Assembly (NCBI GenBank): GCA_038496445.1
Contig: JALMLS010000637.1
Coordinates: 124,001 to 188,000, forward strand
From: Trichosphaerium sp. ATCC 40318
Taxonomy: Eukaryota; Protista; Tubulinea
Reading direction: 5' to 3'
DNA length: 64,000 bases
The position numbers and the translations under genes were made by a program. Positions 1 through 13,725 of this stretch are shown in pieces; the stretch's first letter is position 1; each line of letters begins with the position of its first letter. The notes below the pieces were generated by a model that searched no databases, was not told where the DNA came from, and worked only from the letters and a program-made list of their open reading frames with translations.

Positions 1-1332
1 GTATCCACAGATTTTAATCCCTTTCTCTATCGTTTTCGGATTTAAAGCGTCTCAAATGAGTCCTTCTCAATGGGTACACACTCATCTCCAACAGGAGCCG
101 TTATGAACAGTGATAACACTTTTTCTTACAGATTGTTGTACCTCCAAAGTCCAAACTCAATATTGGATTATCTCTCAGTACTATCATGTGGGGAAATACT
201 GGTACTCCGAAACAGCTCACTATAACTTCTTATTTGTCTAGGTTGGGATTCTTTAGGATCAGTTGCTGGTGAAGTAAAAAATCCTCAAAAAACATACCCG
301 CGAGCAGTAGTTATTCTTGCTTTTCTTATTTTAGCAACGTATGTTCTTCCTACACTCCCAGGATTAACTACATCAACTGATCAAGATGTTTGGGTTGATG
401 GATACTTCTCTACAGTCGCTGCAAGTTAGTACATGAAGGAGACTTGGAGTGATCGTAAACAATTACTTTTAGGTGTATTTCCCTGGCTGGGAATTTGGGT
501 TAGTGTCGCTGCTGTCCTTGCTTCATTTGGAAACATGGTATGTGTTCTGACAAGTGGAACACGTGTTGTATGGGCAATGGGCAAAGGTAAGAATCAATAA
601 AAATACGCCCATAAACTGACGTGATTCTATCGTAGTAACACAATTTTTACCTGGGATTTTTGGCTGGACATGGAAGGTTCGCTAAATAGAATACTGTGAC
701 ACTCAAGTTCTCAAAACTCTTTAATTTAGCCTCTGGGACATAAGAACCCGACAGCAGCTATTCTATTCCATTTTGTTACTACAAGGTGATTCTTATGAAA
801 GAAAATAATCACGTGTTGCCCACAAACAACGCACTAAACTTTGTTTAGTGCCCTGGTGTTTCTCCCGTTTGATTTCCTTGTTCAAGTCGACACCTTTCTA
901 AATTCTGTAACACTCTTAATTGAGTCATTTGCTTTCTTGTGGTTACGTATAAAAGAACCAGAAGCATCACGTCCTTATAAAGTACCTTGTGGGATATTTG
1001 GCGCACTGATGGTATCATTGTCAAAGGTTCTTGTTGTCACTATCATGTTGGTGCGTGAGTTGTTTTTTACTATTGTTGAGCACTATTCTATCTTCAAAAA
1101 AAGCTGTTTAAGAACGAGAACACGATCTTTTCCGTTTCGTCTTTTTTTCTTATCCAATTTTTTTTAGGTATTCACCTCTCGAAAAGTATGGGCAACAGGC
1201 ATTATATTTAACCTCTTTTTTGTATTATTCTATATTACTGCAACATTGATTCGCGATATGTGTCCTAAACTGGCTTGTTGCTTGGAAAAGAAAGAGAAAG
1301 CGGAAACGATAATAGACTCGAACATTTATTAA
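1..1332 (+). CDS. APC-superfamily amino acid/polyamine permease (5' end outside window), multi-exon
   Basis: Spliced exons give WGNTG|WDSLGSVAGEVKNPQKTYPRAVV, SFGNMVCVLTSGTRVVWAMG and FLWLRIKEPEASRPYKVPCG, typical LAT/polyamine-transporter motifs; stop TAA at 1330-1332. Confidence 0.9.
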
Positions 1333-1384
1333 TGCAGTAGAGCCCAACAACAACTTTTAGATTACTGCTTGTGTATGTTGTGCG

Positions 1385-2936
1385 CTACACTTCACTGCGT
1401 GCAATAGAAGCTTCTTTAACTTGTTTCGATAAAATACGACGTAATCTGTCTGAGAAAAAGGGAACAAATAAAGTCCAAATGTAACAAAAAACAATGATCT
1501 AATTATTTTTATACAGTCTTCCCTAGAACAGGGAGTATATCCTTATGGCCCTTTACAATGGCAATACGTAGAGGTGTAAGTTTAAGTTTATCCAAAGTTG
1601 TCAATGAAGCATCATTTTTCACAAGAATTTGTGCGACCTAAAACCAAAAATTAATACGGAAGCTAAAAGAAGAGAAAAGCTCAAAAAAATGTAGTTGGAA
1701 ACTACAACTTTTTAGTTGGATCACTGTACATACCTCTGTATGACCAAAGAATGCTGCCCAGTGCAACGGTGTACGACCATTCAAATCACAGAGATTTGGA
1801 TCAGCGCCGTTTTTCAACAAGCATACAAGCATATCTACAAAACCGTAGTATGCTGCACGATGAAGTGGTCCTCGTTTAGATGCATTCGTCTGATCAGCTG
1901 GAACACCACATTTTGTAATGAGGTACTAAAAGGTCAAAAAATTAGCCAAAATTTTCTTCTAATGACAAAAAGTGTTTAAACGTACCTCTACAACTGCAAC
2001 GTTTTTGCTCAATACAGCATCATGAACGACAGGAGCATAGCCTACTTGCTCACCACCTTTAGCAAGTGGATTAGCACCAGCAGCGACAAGCGCTTTTACA
2101 AGCTTAAGGTCACCAAGACGCGCAGCCTAAGTGATCAATAAGTTAGTTAAAGGAAACTCTCATGACGCCAAAACCATTTTAAAAAAAACTTTTCATAAAA
2201 TCGTACCTTGTGCAAAACTGTCCTTCCAAGCTTGTCTGGGATGTTTGTGTTTGCCCCATGTTTTAGTAGTAGGGCCATTGTATCCATATTTTGTGTTTGT
2301 ACGGCATAAGCGAGCGCAGTATCATTAGAAAAGTTAGGGGAGTTGATCTGTGCGCCATTTGTTATTAATGCTTTGCAAATATCGTCATGGCCGTAGAATG
2401 CAGCGTACATGAGCGGTGTGTTACCTGTGAGTATGTTAGAGGAGCCGTCAAAAAAATGGCGCAAAAAAACTAAACGTTTTGATCGTTAACTGGCTAGATG
2501 TATCGTACCACACTGTTGCTCATTTATATCGCACGAGCGAGTAATCAAGTGAGCTACACGCTTAAAATTACCCTCACGACATGCCTGATACGAGTTTTAG
2601 TATAAAGGGTTATAATAAATAACGTACGGCGTGCAAAGTTTGTGGCTTCGCTTTAGGTGGTGTGTACGCATGAGAAGTGTGTTTCGTCTTGCGTTTTTTA
2701 AGAGGTGGTTGCTTGGTGGCAGTATCCTCTGTACCTTGAACTGCGGAAGCCTCGGTGCTTTTATATGGTCTTTTTCCAAGGTAAAAAGCAGCCTCGAGGT
2801 TCGCTAGATATTACAGTAAGTACTGAGGCGCGTTTTAAAGCTCCGTACCAGAAGTTCTAAGGGATTTGTTGTCGATCGGGACGGTACCGCCCAATGGCAG
2901 TGTACCGCCCAAAAACTGATTTCTTTCTTGACCCAT
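1385..2936 (-). CDS. Ankyrin-repeat protein, multi-exon
   Basis: Repeated GNTPLMYAAFYGH, GRTVLHK, RGPLHRAAYYGF and GRTPLHWAAFFGH motifs across GT-AG exons; basic N-terminal leader. Confidence 0.85.
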
Positions 2937-3296
2937 CTTGCGTAGGAAGCTCCATTTGAAGTGTAGACACCATGGTTGTTTATTTACGCCGGTAACAATA
3001 TCCGACTTGGTTATATCATTGTTGTTGTTTGTAGTACGTATAGTTGAGGAGAAGTGGTTTTGAAGTTGAGAAAGTTTGGTTTATTTTTATTGTAATGGAT
3101 TAAAATCACTGAAAGTTACAAAAATCGCGAATGGCGTATTGTATTGTAACTGGGCTATTGCGGATGCCATTGGGCAGGTAAGGACAGTTTGATTCTACGG
3201 AATAAAGCTCCACAAGTCTATTCTTTGGCGACTTTCTCGAAGCCTTTTTGACTTTGGAAGAATTTGATAAAATTGTTTTTCGCCTGCCCAACCAAA

Positions 3297-4796
3297 ATGA
3301 ACGCATTGATGTTTGGCTCTCGCCTAGCTGCTCGAAGAGCAACAGGCAACGGAGCTATCAGAGCTAGTGTTGTTAGGACAACTATCAGCGTTCGCCGCGT
3401 AAATACAGCTGATAACGCAGATGAAGGCGTAATTGACAAGAAGAAGAAGGATAAGCGCCGCTTACGCGACAGGTTCGCTAAACTATTGCATTATCAATTA
3501 TTAACACTCTACTAGGCTTCAAAACAAATGGGCTCCAGAAATTAGTCGCGAAGAGATGCCTGTGCCTACAAAAACCCCACAGATCTCAATGGACAACTTA
3601 GTTAAATGGGACGATATTGACGATGTATGGAAGTACTTGGACTCAGATGATGCTGGATTAGATTACAAGGAAGAAAAAGAACTCAGGGAGGAACAACAAG
3701 CAGAGCTTGAAAAGGAACCTATCATCAGGGCTGAAGTAGAGGAGAAGCAACGCGCATTACGAAGGCGTTATGGTCCAATTACAGTTCAATTGAAAGAAGC
3801 ATATGACAAAAAAGAAAATCCTGACTCTGTCATTACTTTCTCTGACGAAAAATCAAGCGAACAACGAGAATATGAGTCTGAAATGGCTGAGGAAGACGAT
3901 GACGGTAAATAATCTGCTTTTAAATATTTTTGTAAATCAAATTTCAAATTGTGAATATTTATTCTTGTGTAGGCGAGTTGAGCTTTCCTTCTCCATTTGG
4001 AGACCACCCATTCCTTGGAGAAGTACCAAATTACTTTAATCGTATTATTCGTATGGGCAGACACGTTAAATTGACACCACAAGGACGATTAGAATCTTTT
4101 AGGTACGAATGCAAAAATCAAACATTTCTTCCCAAGTCCAAAAAAACCAAAAAACCTGTTGTGTGCAACATTCTTTATCACTAGATTATCAAAATTAACA
4201 ATTATTTAGTGCGTTCGTAATGATAGGTACTGGTGACGGTGCTGCAGGACTTGGTTATGGTAAAGCATATGAGGTTTGTTGCTTTGACATTTTTTAAATG
4301 TAAAACTATTTAATTTTTTCGTATAGGCCGCAGCTGCTGCAGAACAAGCGTATATTGATGCAGCTAGGATTATCTTACCTATTATTCGGTTCAGAGGCAA
4401 CAGTATTCCTAGAGAAATAAAGTATACTTACAGACGCGTTTGGTACGCTTGTACATGTTTGTTACGTGATTGTATTTACTGATTGTGCAGGGTACACATG
4501 CGACCAAAACGTAGAGGATTTGGTTTACGTTGTAAAGAGCCATGGCGACTTGTTCTTGAAGCCTTTGGCTTAACTGATATGTCATTCTCTATTGGTGGAG
4601 CTAAAAACGTTGTTAATCGTTATAAGTACGCTAATTTTTTTTTTTGTTGACACTACAAGTTTTTTAAATTAGTCTCACTCATTATAGAGCTATTTGGTTC
4701 GCTTTGCGTGATCATTGCACACAAGGGTTTGATATTGCTCGTGCGACTGGCAAAAAGATTTACTTTGAACATGGCAACTACACGCGTGCACAGTAA
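3297..4796 (+). CDS. MRPS5: Mitochondrial ribosomal protein uS5m (nuclear encoded)
   Basis: Arg/Ala-rich presequence-like N-terminus; RHVKLTPQGRLESF|SAFVMIGTGDGAAGLGYG and MRPKRRGFGLRC...LVLEAFGLTDM are uS5 N- and C-domain signatures. Confidence 0.88.
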
Positions 4797-5004
4797 TGCG
4801 TTGGTGTGGGAGTTTTTTCATCTTGGCTGCCGTTGTGTATTTTTTTTGATCTGTATTGTGCTTTGTGATAACAACCAGAGGCGAGGATACTATGTATTTG
4901 TTGTAAGATAGGTGCCAGTGGCCACAGAAAATAATACTTATTTGATCTTAAGCCACGATTTTTGTTTTGAGTCTGTATCTTAGTTATAATCGAGGTGTTG
5001 CGTA

Positions 5005-6365
5005 ATGGATGACACTGCAGAAGAGTTGGCGTTCATCAATGAAGAATTGTTGTCAGATCCCAATAATAAGGACCTATTAGAATTAAAAGCAGGTCTGGAG
5101 GAGCTACTTGCGGCCACAGATGCTGCAGAGCCTGTAATAGAAACACAAAATACAAAAATTACAAAACCACCTCCTGGGCCTATTGACCTCTTCGCTGGAT
5201 GCGGCAATACTACTGTAAATCCGGCGGTATACGCGAATGCCATTTTACAAAATGTACGGTGCCTCAGAAGCCAGAATTGACAGTTCTCCGTAGAAAAAAG
5301 ACGAATTTCGCATAGAATTTACAACAGCCGGTATTTTTCAGCCAGAAGCTCTACAACAGGTACGATTACAAGCTAAAACGATAGAAAATGTTTGAAGAAC
5401 AAGCGCTACAGCATTTCTAATGTCAGAGAAAACGCAGGCCTTTATTATTGCAGCCAAAACTAAAACACTCATCAATCGCTGAATGGGAAGACCATACGCG
5501 CGTACGTTTCTTTTTTACGATTAAATCCACTTTGCAATACAAGAGAAAATGTTTTCTCAAACGTAAATTTGTGTTGAACTGCGCTTTGTTTTATAGTTTG
5601 TATACTCGTAAGTACTAATACGTAAGCCTATATTAGGCATGTATGTAAAAGTTTTCTTCATTCTCTGTTCTTTCTAATCGAAATAAGGGCATTGGTTCTA
5701 AATTACTGAAGCAAATGGGATATGTGGAAGGTTTAGGCATAGGTAAGACTAAAAAAGGAATTGCTGAGCCTTTAGCTCTTGATAAACAAACTGGAAACAC
5801 TGGGTGGGGTTTAGGTACGTATTTATAGTAAAACTACTTTAGTTTAGAAGCATAGCTTTTTCAAACGCCGAAAAAGAGTTTTCACTATTTTGGTTTCCCT
5901 GTTCTTAAATGGATAGGACATGAACGTCGTAATCGATTAGAGACTAAATCGAAAAAACGCCGAAGAGCAAAACAAGAACGTAGTACAGAATCATCAAACA
6001 GACATTCAGGCGATGTTTTAGGCTTCATTAATGATCAAATAAGCAATGATAAATCAGAAAACGCACTACATGCGCATTCTAGAAAAAGGGTCAAAACAAT
6101 CTCTTTACGTGGCATGGACCGCGATAGCATGTCAAAAATAGTACAACAGACTGAATTTGCTATAACCGCATTAGAAACAAAATTACGTAAATTACGTCAT
6201 TCTCGACAAAGAAACTCAAAAGACAGAACAATGGTTTCAATGCTTGACAAAAAGATTAAAATAGCTGAAGAGGAATTAAGCACACAACGTACAACCGTAC
6301 AGACTCTGAATATAAAGCTAGGTCTTAAGAACTCTCATAAAAAGCGTAAAAGCAAGATTTTTTAA
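5005..6365 (+). CDS. G-patch domain protein (ZGPAT-like), multi-exon
   Basis: Exon at about 5689-5814 encodes GIGSKLLKQMGYVEGLGIGKTKKGIAEPL, a G-patch; N-terminal L..DPNN.DLLELKAGLEELL helix and basic C-terminal coiled coil ending KIF. Confidence 0.8.
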
Positions 6366-7457
6366 TAATAAATACGAAGACAATAAAACAACAGAGTGAA
6401 ACGAGTTTACAGCGCTACAACGCGTTCTGCATATTACCAACATGTTGCAAACTTTATGTATTGAATGGAATGTCGCTTCGCCATTGAAGTATTTGTATAA
6501 TCACTGGCACACGTAGTGTATGGGGTAGTGAGGTGCTTGTACTGCAGTAAACTCGATCGGTTTAAACTTGTCTTTGCGCAGTTAATACGAGTTCTTTTTT
6601 TCTGCTGCGCAGAGAAACAACATGATAGCGTTATATCAACATACGCAATAGAAGTTTATTTTACTCGCATACAAAAGGTACAATAAGGCATCTAGTTTCA
6701 GCGACTTTCTTTTTTCTTAAACATCACTCTGTTGCATCACTAGCGCGTCATGTTACATGTTACAGTGATGACCGATGTCTTTAAGCTTGTTTCGAGAAAA
6801 AAAAACTGTCCGGCTTAAAAAATTTTTTAGTCGCAATTAGTTGGCATTTTTCCAGCGTAACGCGACATACACACTCAATCCTTACTATATTAATCAACCT
6901 AAAGGCTAATACCTTATCAGTACACCCTTATCTGGAAGAACAAAAAAACGTAGAGCGCGAATAAATCATTCACAAGCTGCCCTTTTATAGTAGTCTGGTG
7001 ATATTCATTTACTGATTGGTGATCCTTGTATTACGCGCTTTGCGCAGGTATGTGCGGTTTTTTAAGCAGTTTTTTTTAAAGCAGCCTCTTTTGCGGTGAT
7101 AATTTTCAGGATACGCCTTGACAATGACCAAGGCGTACTTGAAACCATTTTTGGGCATCAGGGAGTCAATGATTGTTTTACACACTTCAAAAATGTTAAA
7201 ATGTACAATCAATCATTACAAACACTGTTTATAAATGACATAAACCTCCCTGTAGTTTAAAATCTGTAACCCCGATGAAATTGAACGTATTTTCAGTCTT
7301 TGGTAAATCTTTATATTATTCTTAATGTTATCCCAGCTTATATTATATATTTTAAAAGCGCATCATTGATCTTTCACTGCATTTTTTTTCTTTTGTGGCG
7401 CGAAAACTCAAAAAAATTAGTAAATAAGGTAGAAAACAGTGAATTTATGATACCAAC

Positions 7458-9797
7458 ATGAGTGAGAGTGCGTCCGGAGGACAATATTCCGAAAGTGAAG
7501 AATACCAAGATTACGATGCCGTAAAATCACCCAAACACTCCAATAACACTCAACAGGTGCGTGGATATCTCTCAGAGGCATTTACAAGCGTAAATTTCAC
7601 AATATTGTGGAATTCATGTTTTCAGTACTTACATTTTTTGTAGCCTACTGAGGTTTGGGATACGGGCATGCATGCTAATCAATACGGGCAATGGCATGGT
7701 GGAAACTCGACATCGTTCTCTTCAGGTACAAATAATGAACACATTTACTTTTTTCGGCGACGTTTGCTCTTTTGCATTGCTACCACTATAAGCTTATTGC
7801 GTAAAATAGCTATTTTTTTTTAAAACAGTTTGAAGTTGTTAGTTTAGTTTTTTTTGTTTTGCCTTCTTTTTACAGAAAATTGTACAAGGTCGCTCTTTAT
7901 CTTAGGAAATAACGTGTAAAAAGGCTCTTATGGTCACGGTGATGATGTTGAATCCCGTGGTTATGCTCAAAGACCAGTTTTAGGCGGACCTAACCAACAT
8001 CGACATGAACAAAACGAATGGCACCAAGCGAATCCTTACAATGTACAAAGGCGTCCAATGCGTTATACTTCAGACCCGCTTGGGCATGAGTATGGTAGTG
8101 GATATGTTTCAGACGAGTACGTACAAACACAAGGTACTATGCAGCAACCTACAGGACCAAATCCGGCTGGTACGACGAAGTTTATTTGCTTTTATAGACG
8201 CTTTGTGATCATTTTTGGAATTTGTGAAAATAACCTCCCGTAACACGTGAACTCACGTCTGTCTCTTTTTAGAAGTTGCTCAAGAAGAGGAGATTGATAA
8301 CATAGTAGAACCTCCTACACAAAGAGAAAGGCAGTCGCTTCGTTCTAAAGCAAGGTATGTTTTAAAAAAATATACGGAGCAAAATAGTCTATTTGTCAAC
8401 TGTTTTCAGACATTGCGAAAAACAACTATTCAAAAAACAACTCATTTCTGGAAAGTCTACACGTGTTCTCAAACGTGTTTTTAGGAGGCATATGAGAAAA
8501 CTGTCTAAAGCCATTCGAGCAAGCATAGGAACAAGTACGTACTTCGGTGGTATTTTAGTGTTAAATATTTTCTAATATTCCTAAGGTCCTGGGAATGTTC
8601 GTGTTGTTTATACCATTGATGATGACAGAGAATGGCTTTATATGTGTCAACATGGACATAAAATACTAATGAGGAATCCTAATATTAAACAAGTAGTATA
8701 CAACTCCTTGGAGGATATAAAAACAGATTTTAACTTCGAAAAAGGAATAGGTAACTTAGTTACAACAAAGTTGTGTTAAAACGTTTCACTTTTCTTTCCT
8801 CGCATTTTTTTTTATCCCACTGTATTGTCATCTTACGGGTTCTATTTTAAGATACAACATCTAAAACTACAAGTTTAAGATATGGTGCAGATCAGCGTCA
8901 TTCGACGTTAAAAGTACCCTTACTCGTAACATTAAACAGATCCACTTGTGTCATTACTATTTCTGGCACATACCGCACTAGACAGGTACCATACAATCCT
9001 CAGTATATAGTTTACTCAAGCAAATATAGGAACCCAGAAGAGAGAGGAAACCAAAAGGGAAACAAGCACATGGGAGTCAACCAATCCCAGACGTAAGTAT
9101 AATCGAACTCAAGTTAACTTTTTCTTTGAACGAAGTAACATTCCAAAATGGGTTTTGTTGAACTGTTTTTTAGGTGTTTGTGTTCCCTCAAGACAATTCT
9201 GGAAGAAATCAAGGTAAGCTTGTTAATTACATACTTTACAGTTGCAGTCGGTATCTTATGGTTATCGTAGGGATGCCGGCACAACCTATTGGCAATTTTC
9301 AAACTAGTTGGAAGAGAGATGATCCTACTGTTGTAACAACACCACAGTCTCGTCCTTCTCCTCCGACACCACCGCCTTCATCCCTTCCACCCCCACGCCA
9401 AACCCGACAACCGCTGCACGACCCCTTTTTATTTCACCTACCGAGACTACGTAGCCGTAATGTACGTCAATTCGTCATACAATGCAACGTAGATGGTTTT
9501 TATTTTCTCTAATACTTGCTAGCACGCGACAATAGGTGCTGATAACTCCCTATCTACTATGAAAGGTGTCAAGGTACGTGTTTATGACCCTGAAAACGGA
9601 TGGGACATTGTTTTAATTGGTTTATCGTATAGAAAGCCACAAATCAGCCTGGTAATGCAAAAAGAAGTGAACCGCCTCCTGGGCCGTACCCAGTGAGCTT
9701 TTTTGTTTACAAACAACCGAAGAAAAAGCGTCGTAAGTCAAAAAATGATAGTAAAGAACAAGATAATGAAGACCCAAGTGATCCTGAAGGAAATTGA
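7458..9797 (+). CDS. Uncharacterised multi-exon protein: low-complexity N-terminus, central globular region, Pro-rich and basic C-terminus
   Basis: Exons can be joined in frame by GT-AG introns; KKRRK NLS-like motif near the end; no family recognised. Confidence 0.6.
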
Positions 9798-10904
9798 ATT
9801 GTTTTTGATAAAAGGATATTCAACTATGTACACAAGAAGGTAAACTGTATTGTAGATCCCAGGAGAGTACTATAACGCCATTTTTACGCGTTCAGTTACA
9901 AAAAGAGAGCGCAGTTGGTTATTACAAGCCAGTAATGAACCAGTAAGGCGATAAGCTACGCTCGGGGTTGTAGGGGTGTTTCTGCTGTTAAAAACGAGCT
10001 CGTTTAATAATAAAACGCACAATTGTTCCTCATAGTGGTAGAGGTTTGCGGATCATGTATTTGTACTGCACATGCACAGTTATCAACTTTGACATTATTT
10101 TTTTGTTTTTCCATTGGTAAAGCAGTCACTCAAAGTCTTAACTTAACAAGTTAGAAAATAATGAGAATTGTGTTCTAGTGAACCTAGCGTTCAGGCAAAC
10201 ATAAAATACTTGCTGGTTTGGTACAGAAATACACATTCAAGATCAAGAGTCTACACTGCTATGCTTAAAGTACGTTTAACTAGTGGCAAGTGTAATAGTT
10301 TGATACAAACGGGGTGCAGACCAATACGGACATCTTTGAAGCACTCTAAGGAGCCGAATGATTAAATAGTGATCTTGTAATTAGACTAATTGGCTAGCTT
10401 ACAAGCCCACTACCCGCAATACTGGCAACGTCATAGCGTCAGAGGAGGATCAACTTGTTCTTAAACCCGGACAAAATTCCCTAAACGCGCTTCTGGTTGG
10501 TGAATATTCCAAGCACATGTTTGCTCGAGCCGTTAAGTCATTCAGCAATTCTCCTTAAAACAATCAATACAAGTCAAAAAACCAGGAACAATCAACTCAA
10601 AAACACCTTTCCTAGGTGAAACTAGCACATAATTCTTGATGTATAGCTGTCAAATACGAAGTATCCCTAAACTGGTACAAAAACGTGCGCTAGTTTCATC
10701 ACGTGCATGAGGAAGTGACTGTAGCAGAAGCAATACCAGATTCATCAACTAACGCTTGTACTCTAATTGATACCTAGTTGTCCTTAAAAGTAGAACACTT
10801 GGTTGGATTTCAGGAAGAAAAACAGCATTTTGTCTGTTGATATGTTTTTTCGTCACTGAATTACAAAGAGTCTAACATTGTATTCATTCTATCCCTTTGG
10901 ATTA

Positions 10905-11850
10905 TTAATACTTGATGCATGACAATTGGAAGTTGACTGAGCTCCAAGACTTTCTTAACAAACTCTTTGTCATGCTTTCTTGCTTTTTTCAGCATTCCAC
11001 CAATTATCTTCTCAGCAGATTGAAGATCGTCCTTATCAAGTAACGCTTGTAATTCCGTAGAAGATGAAACAATCTCGGCAATATAAGAGTCATGCTTAGC
11101 TGTTAAACGCTACGTAAAAGTAAGAAAAAACAGATTTCAAAGCTTTTAGCTACTTTTAAGGCCTCAGCTTTCTTCTTCTGCTGCTTTTCAGAAGTTTAAG
11201 TTCTTCAACAACACTTTCCATAGCTTTACCAAAAGCGTTCAAAGCTCCAACAGAACTCTTATTATCCTGGACATACTTCGCAATAGCAATGAAAATTATG
11301 ACGTAGTGCGAAATATGAAAATAACAGTATAAGCCCACGTACACGTTGTTTGGCGTTGAACACATTTTGGACCTCTTCCATTGCTTGTTTCCTTCTAGAT
11401 TCTATTTGCTATATACCATTAGAAAACAAGACCACGTGTAAGTATTAATGTACACTACGAGCTTTGTCCAACGACAATTTTCTTTTGCCCATCTTACCTT
11501 GCCAGCCGACTTTCTCAGCATCCACAATAGCTTTCATCTCTATATCACAAATTTAGCATTATGTGTAAGCGAATAATTCAACCTTCGACAAGCTTGAAAA
11601 CTGCTGGAGGCGGTCAGTTACATCAGTTAAAACACTGCTCATTATAGATTTAATTTGTTGTTTTTGATCTTCTGTTACTTCGACAGATGCCGCTACATCT
11701 TTTAATACTGATGATACCCATTGTAGTAGTTTGTTGTTAAAGGAGCTGTTACGATCTGTATTTGAGTATTGAGATTATTTGAACAAGGAACTGTATTCTT
11801 ACATTATTCTTCCGGTTGGCTAAAATAATCTACAGGCTTAAGTTTTTCTG
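10905..11850 (-). pseudogene. Fragment of a helical/coiled-coil gene with an apparent frameshift and no clear start
   Basis: Intron-separated helical exons (KAMESVVEELKLL..., RLTAKHDSYIAEIVSS...CIKY*), but a frameshift near 11185 and no 5' exon found next to the MITE at 11947. Confidence 0.4.
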
Positions 11851-11946
11851 TGGAAAATACTATCAATTGTGGCCCTACAAATATAGGCATAGATTAATAG
11901 CCTTGATTACAGGCAAAACAAGCTACCATTACTCAAAACTACAAAA

Positions 11947-12104
11947 CTGGGGTTTGCACTACTTTTTGCGAAATTGATTAGAGCCACGATTGGCTAAAAA
12001 ATGTGCTGTTTTCTGCAAAAATGTTGTACAAAAGGCCTCCAAAAGAACAGATTTCGAAGAAATACAACATGCCGCCAAATTTCGAAATGTAGTGCAAACC
12101 CCTG
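11947..12104. mobile_element. 158-bp MITE-like element with terminal inverted repeats
   Basis: Left CTGGGGTTTGCACTACTTTTTGCGAAATT versus reverse complement of right end CAGGGGTTTGCACTACATTTCGAAATT; no clean target-site duplication (TSD). Confidence 0.7.
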
Positions 12105-13725
12105 CTTAATTTTCTTCAGTTAAGTGAAATTCCTACTGAACAGTGATTTGACCTCAAAACAAACAGGTGATTTAGTTTTATGTGAAATAAACCAACATTG
12201 TATTAGAGCAAGTGTACAGCCTGTATAGTGTTCAAAAGTCAGATGCTGGAACCTACACGTATTTTGTACTTATTCTCAACAAACCCACACGGATGTGCTT
12301 ATATATACAATGATAATAAAACCCCCTTTGTATCTGACTTATACAAACAGTATACTTTTAGTTCTTGGTGAGTGTTGTTTGTTTGAGCTAAGGAACTATT
12401 GTCTTTTTCAGTAAAAAGGAGAGAATTGCAATAGAAGTGTTCTGTAGCAGTTCCGCAACTATCTAAAGAATGGGTGGACTGTAGAACAAGAAATTCATTA
12501 CCCGATCACTCTTGGCGCGACAGAATACGTGGGCAAACATCATGTGCGAGGACTGCAACAGAACAGTTAACATTCTTAGAACAACAAAAATAGCGCAAAC
12601 AGTCCACCAACAGAACTAATGGAAGAAATGCTGCAGCTTGGAGGCATTTATGCCTAGCTGAAACAAAATACTGATCATGCATTTTAGAATACTCATACAG
12701 AATATTGTAATACTTACATCGATATGAAGCTTCCCTTAAGCATAGATGAGTAGAATTATAAAGTTGATATTGTCTTTGACGGCCGCTATAATATCAACAT
12801 ACATCACCAATCTACTCAAACCATCCCAGACTGTTTATCATGAAACCAATAAGCACAGTCTTCGCTCAATGTAGTTCAAACATTTCTGAAATGAAAGTTT
12901 GCTTGTACGTAATATTTAACCAACAAAGTAACAAAAAGTATCGTACGTATCAAAGTGTAAGATACCTTGTTAGTTTTACTAGTTCTTGCAAGAACTGACA
13001 ACTTGACGGAATGAATGCATCACATTCCGAAACTCGTGACAAGACCTTGTCGTGCTTAGTAAGGCAAGGAAAAAATTACAATGTCAAAGTAATGATACAA
13101 AGATAATTGAAGTATTTTACGTTGTAAACTAGCCATAGAAGCACTTAAAGGAACCGAAAGAGACCAAAAAGGTACGAATTACTTTATATTTTTTATTTGG
13201 CGTACTAGGCCTCCACGACACTAGTGCTGATACAATCTTAGCGTCAAGAGGCGTATCAACGAGAAAAAACCGTATTGAAAAGTTAACAACTGCTCAAGGT
13301 ATCAACGGACGGCAATATTATGGTACGGCGTCATGTAACTGTAATAAAAATGTAAATAAAACAAATTTTTAGGTGGGTTTTTATCATCACGTGGTCCGCG
13401 GCAAATTCATAATTTCTCCGCCCAGCAAGCCTCCAATAATGTGGATCACATTTCAAACGTTGGATCGCTAGTTCTAGCAAATTGTCGGTTCTGTAGGGAC
13501 TAACTGAACTTCTAAGATTTGTCTGCCTAAACTCGAAAACCAAAAGCACAAAGTTTAGTCTCAGCTTTAAGTCAAGTGAGGAGCTTAAAGTCTATTGTAT
13601 TTACGGCCACACTTTCGCTTATTACGAAAAATCTTTGTTCGCGAGATTAGTACGTTCCACAGCCTTGAATACACAGTAAGATTTGAATACGACTTCCAAA
13701 AACACAAAACACCAAGCTATAAATT

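Noticed and set aside
12150-13600. Possible gene(s) on either strand
   Set aside because: Splice-like signals are present but I could not assemble an open frame or recognise a motif.
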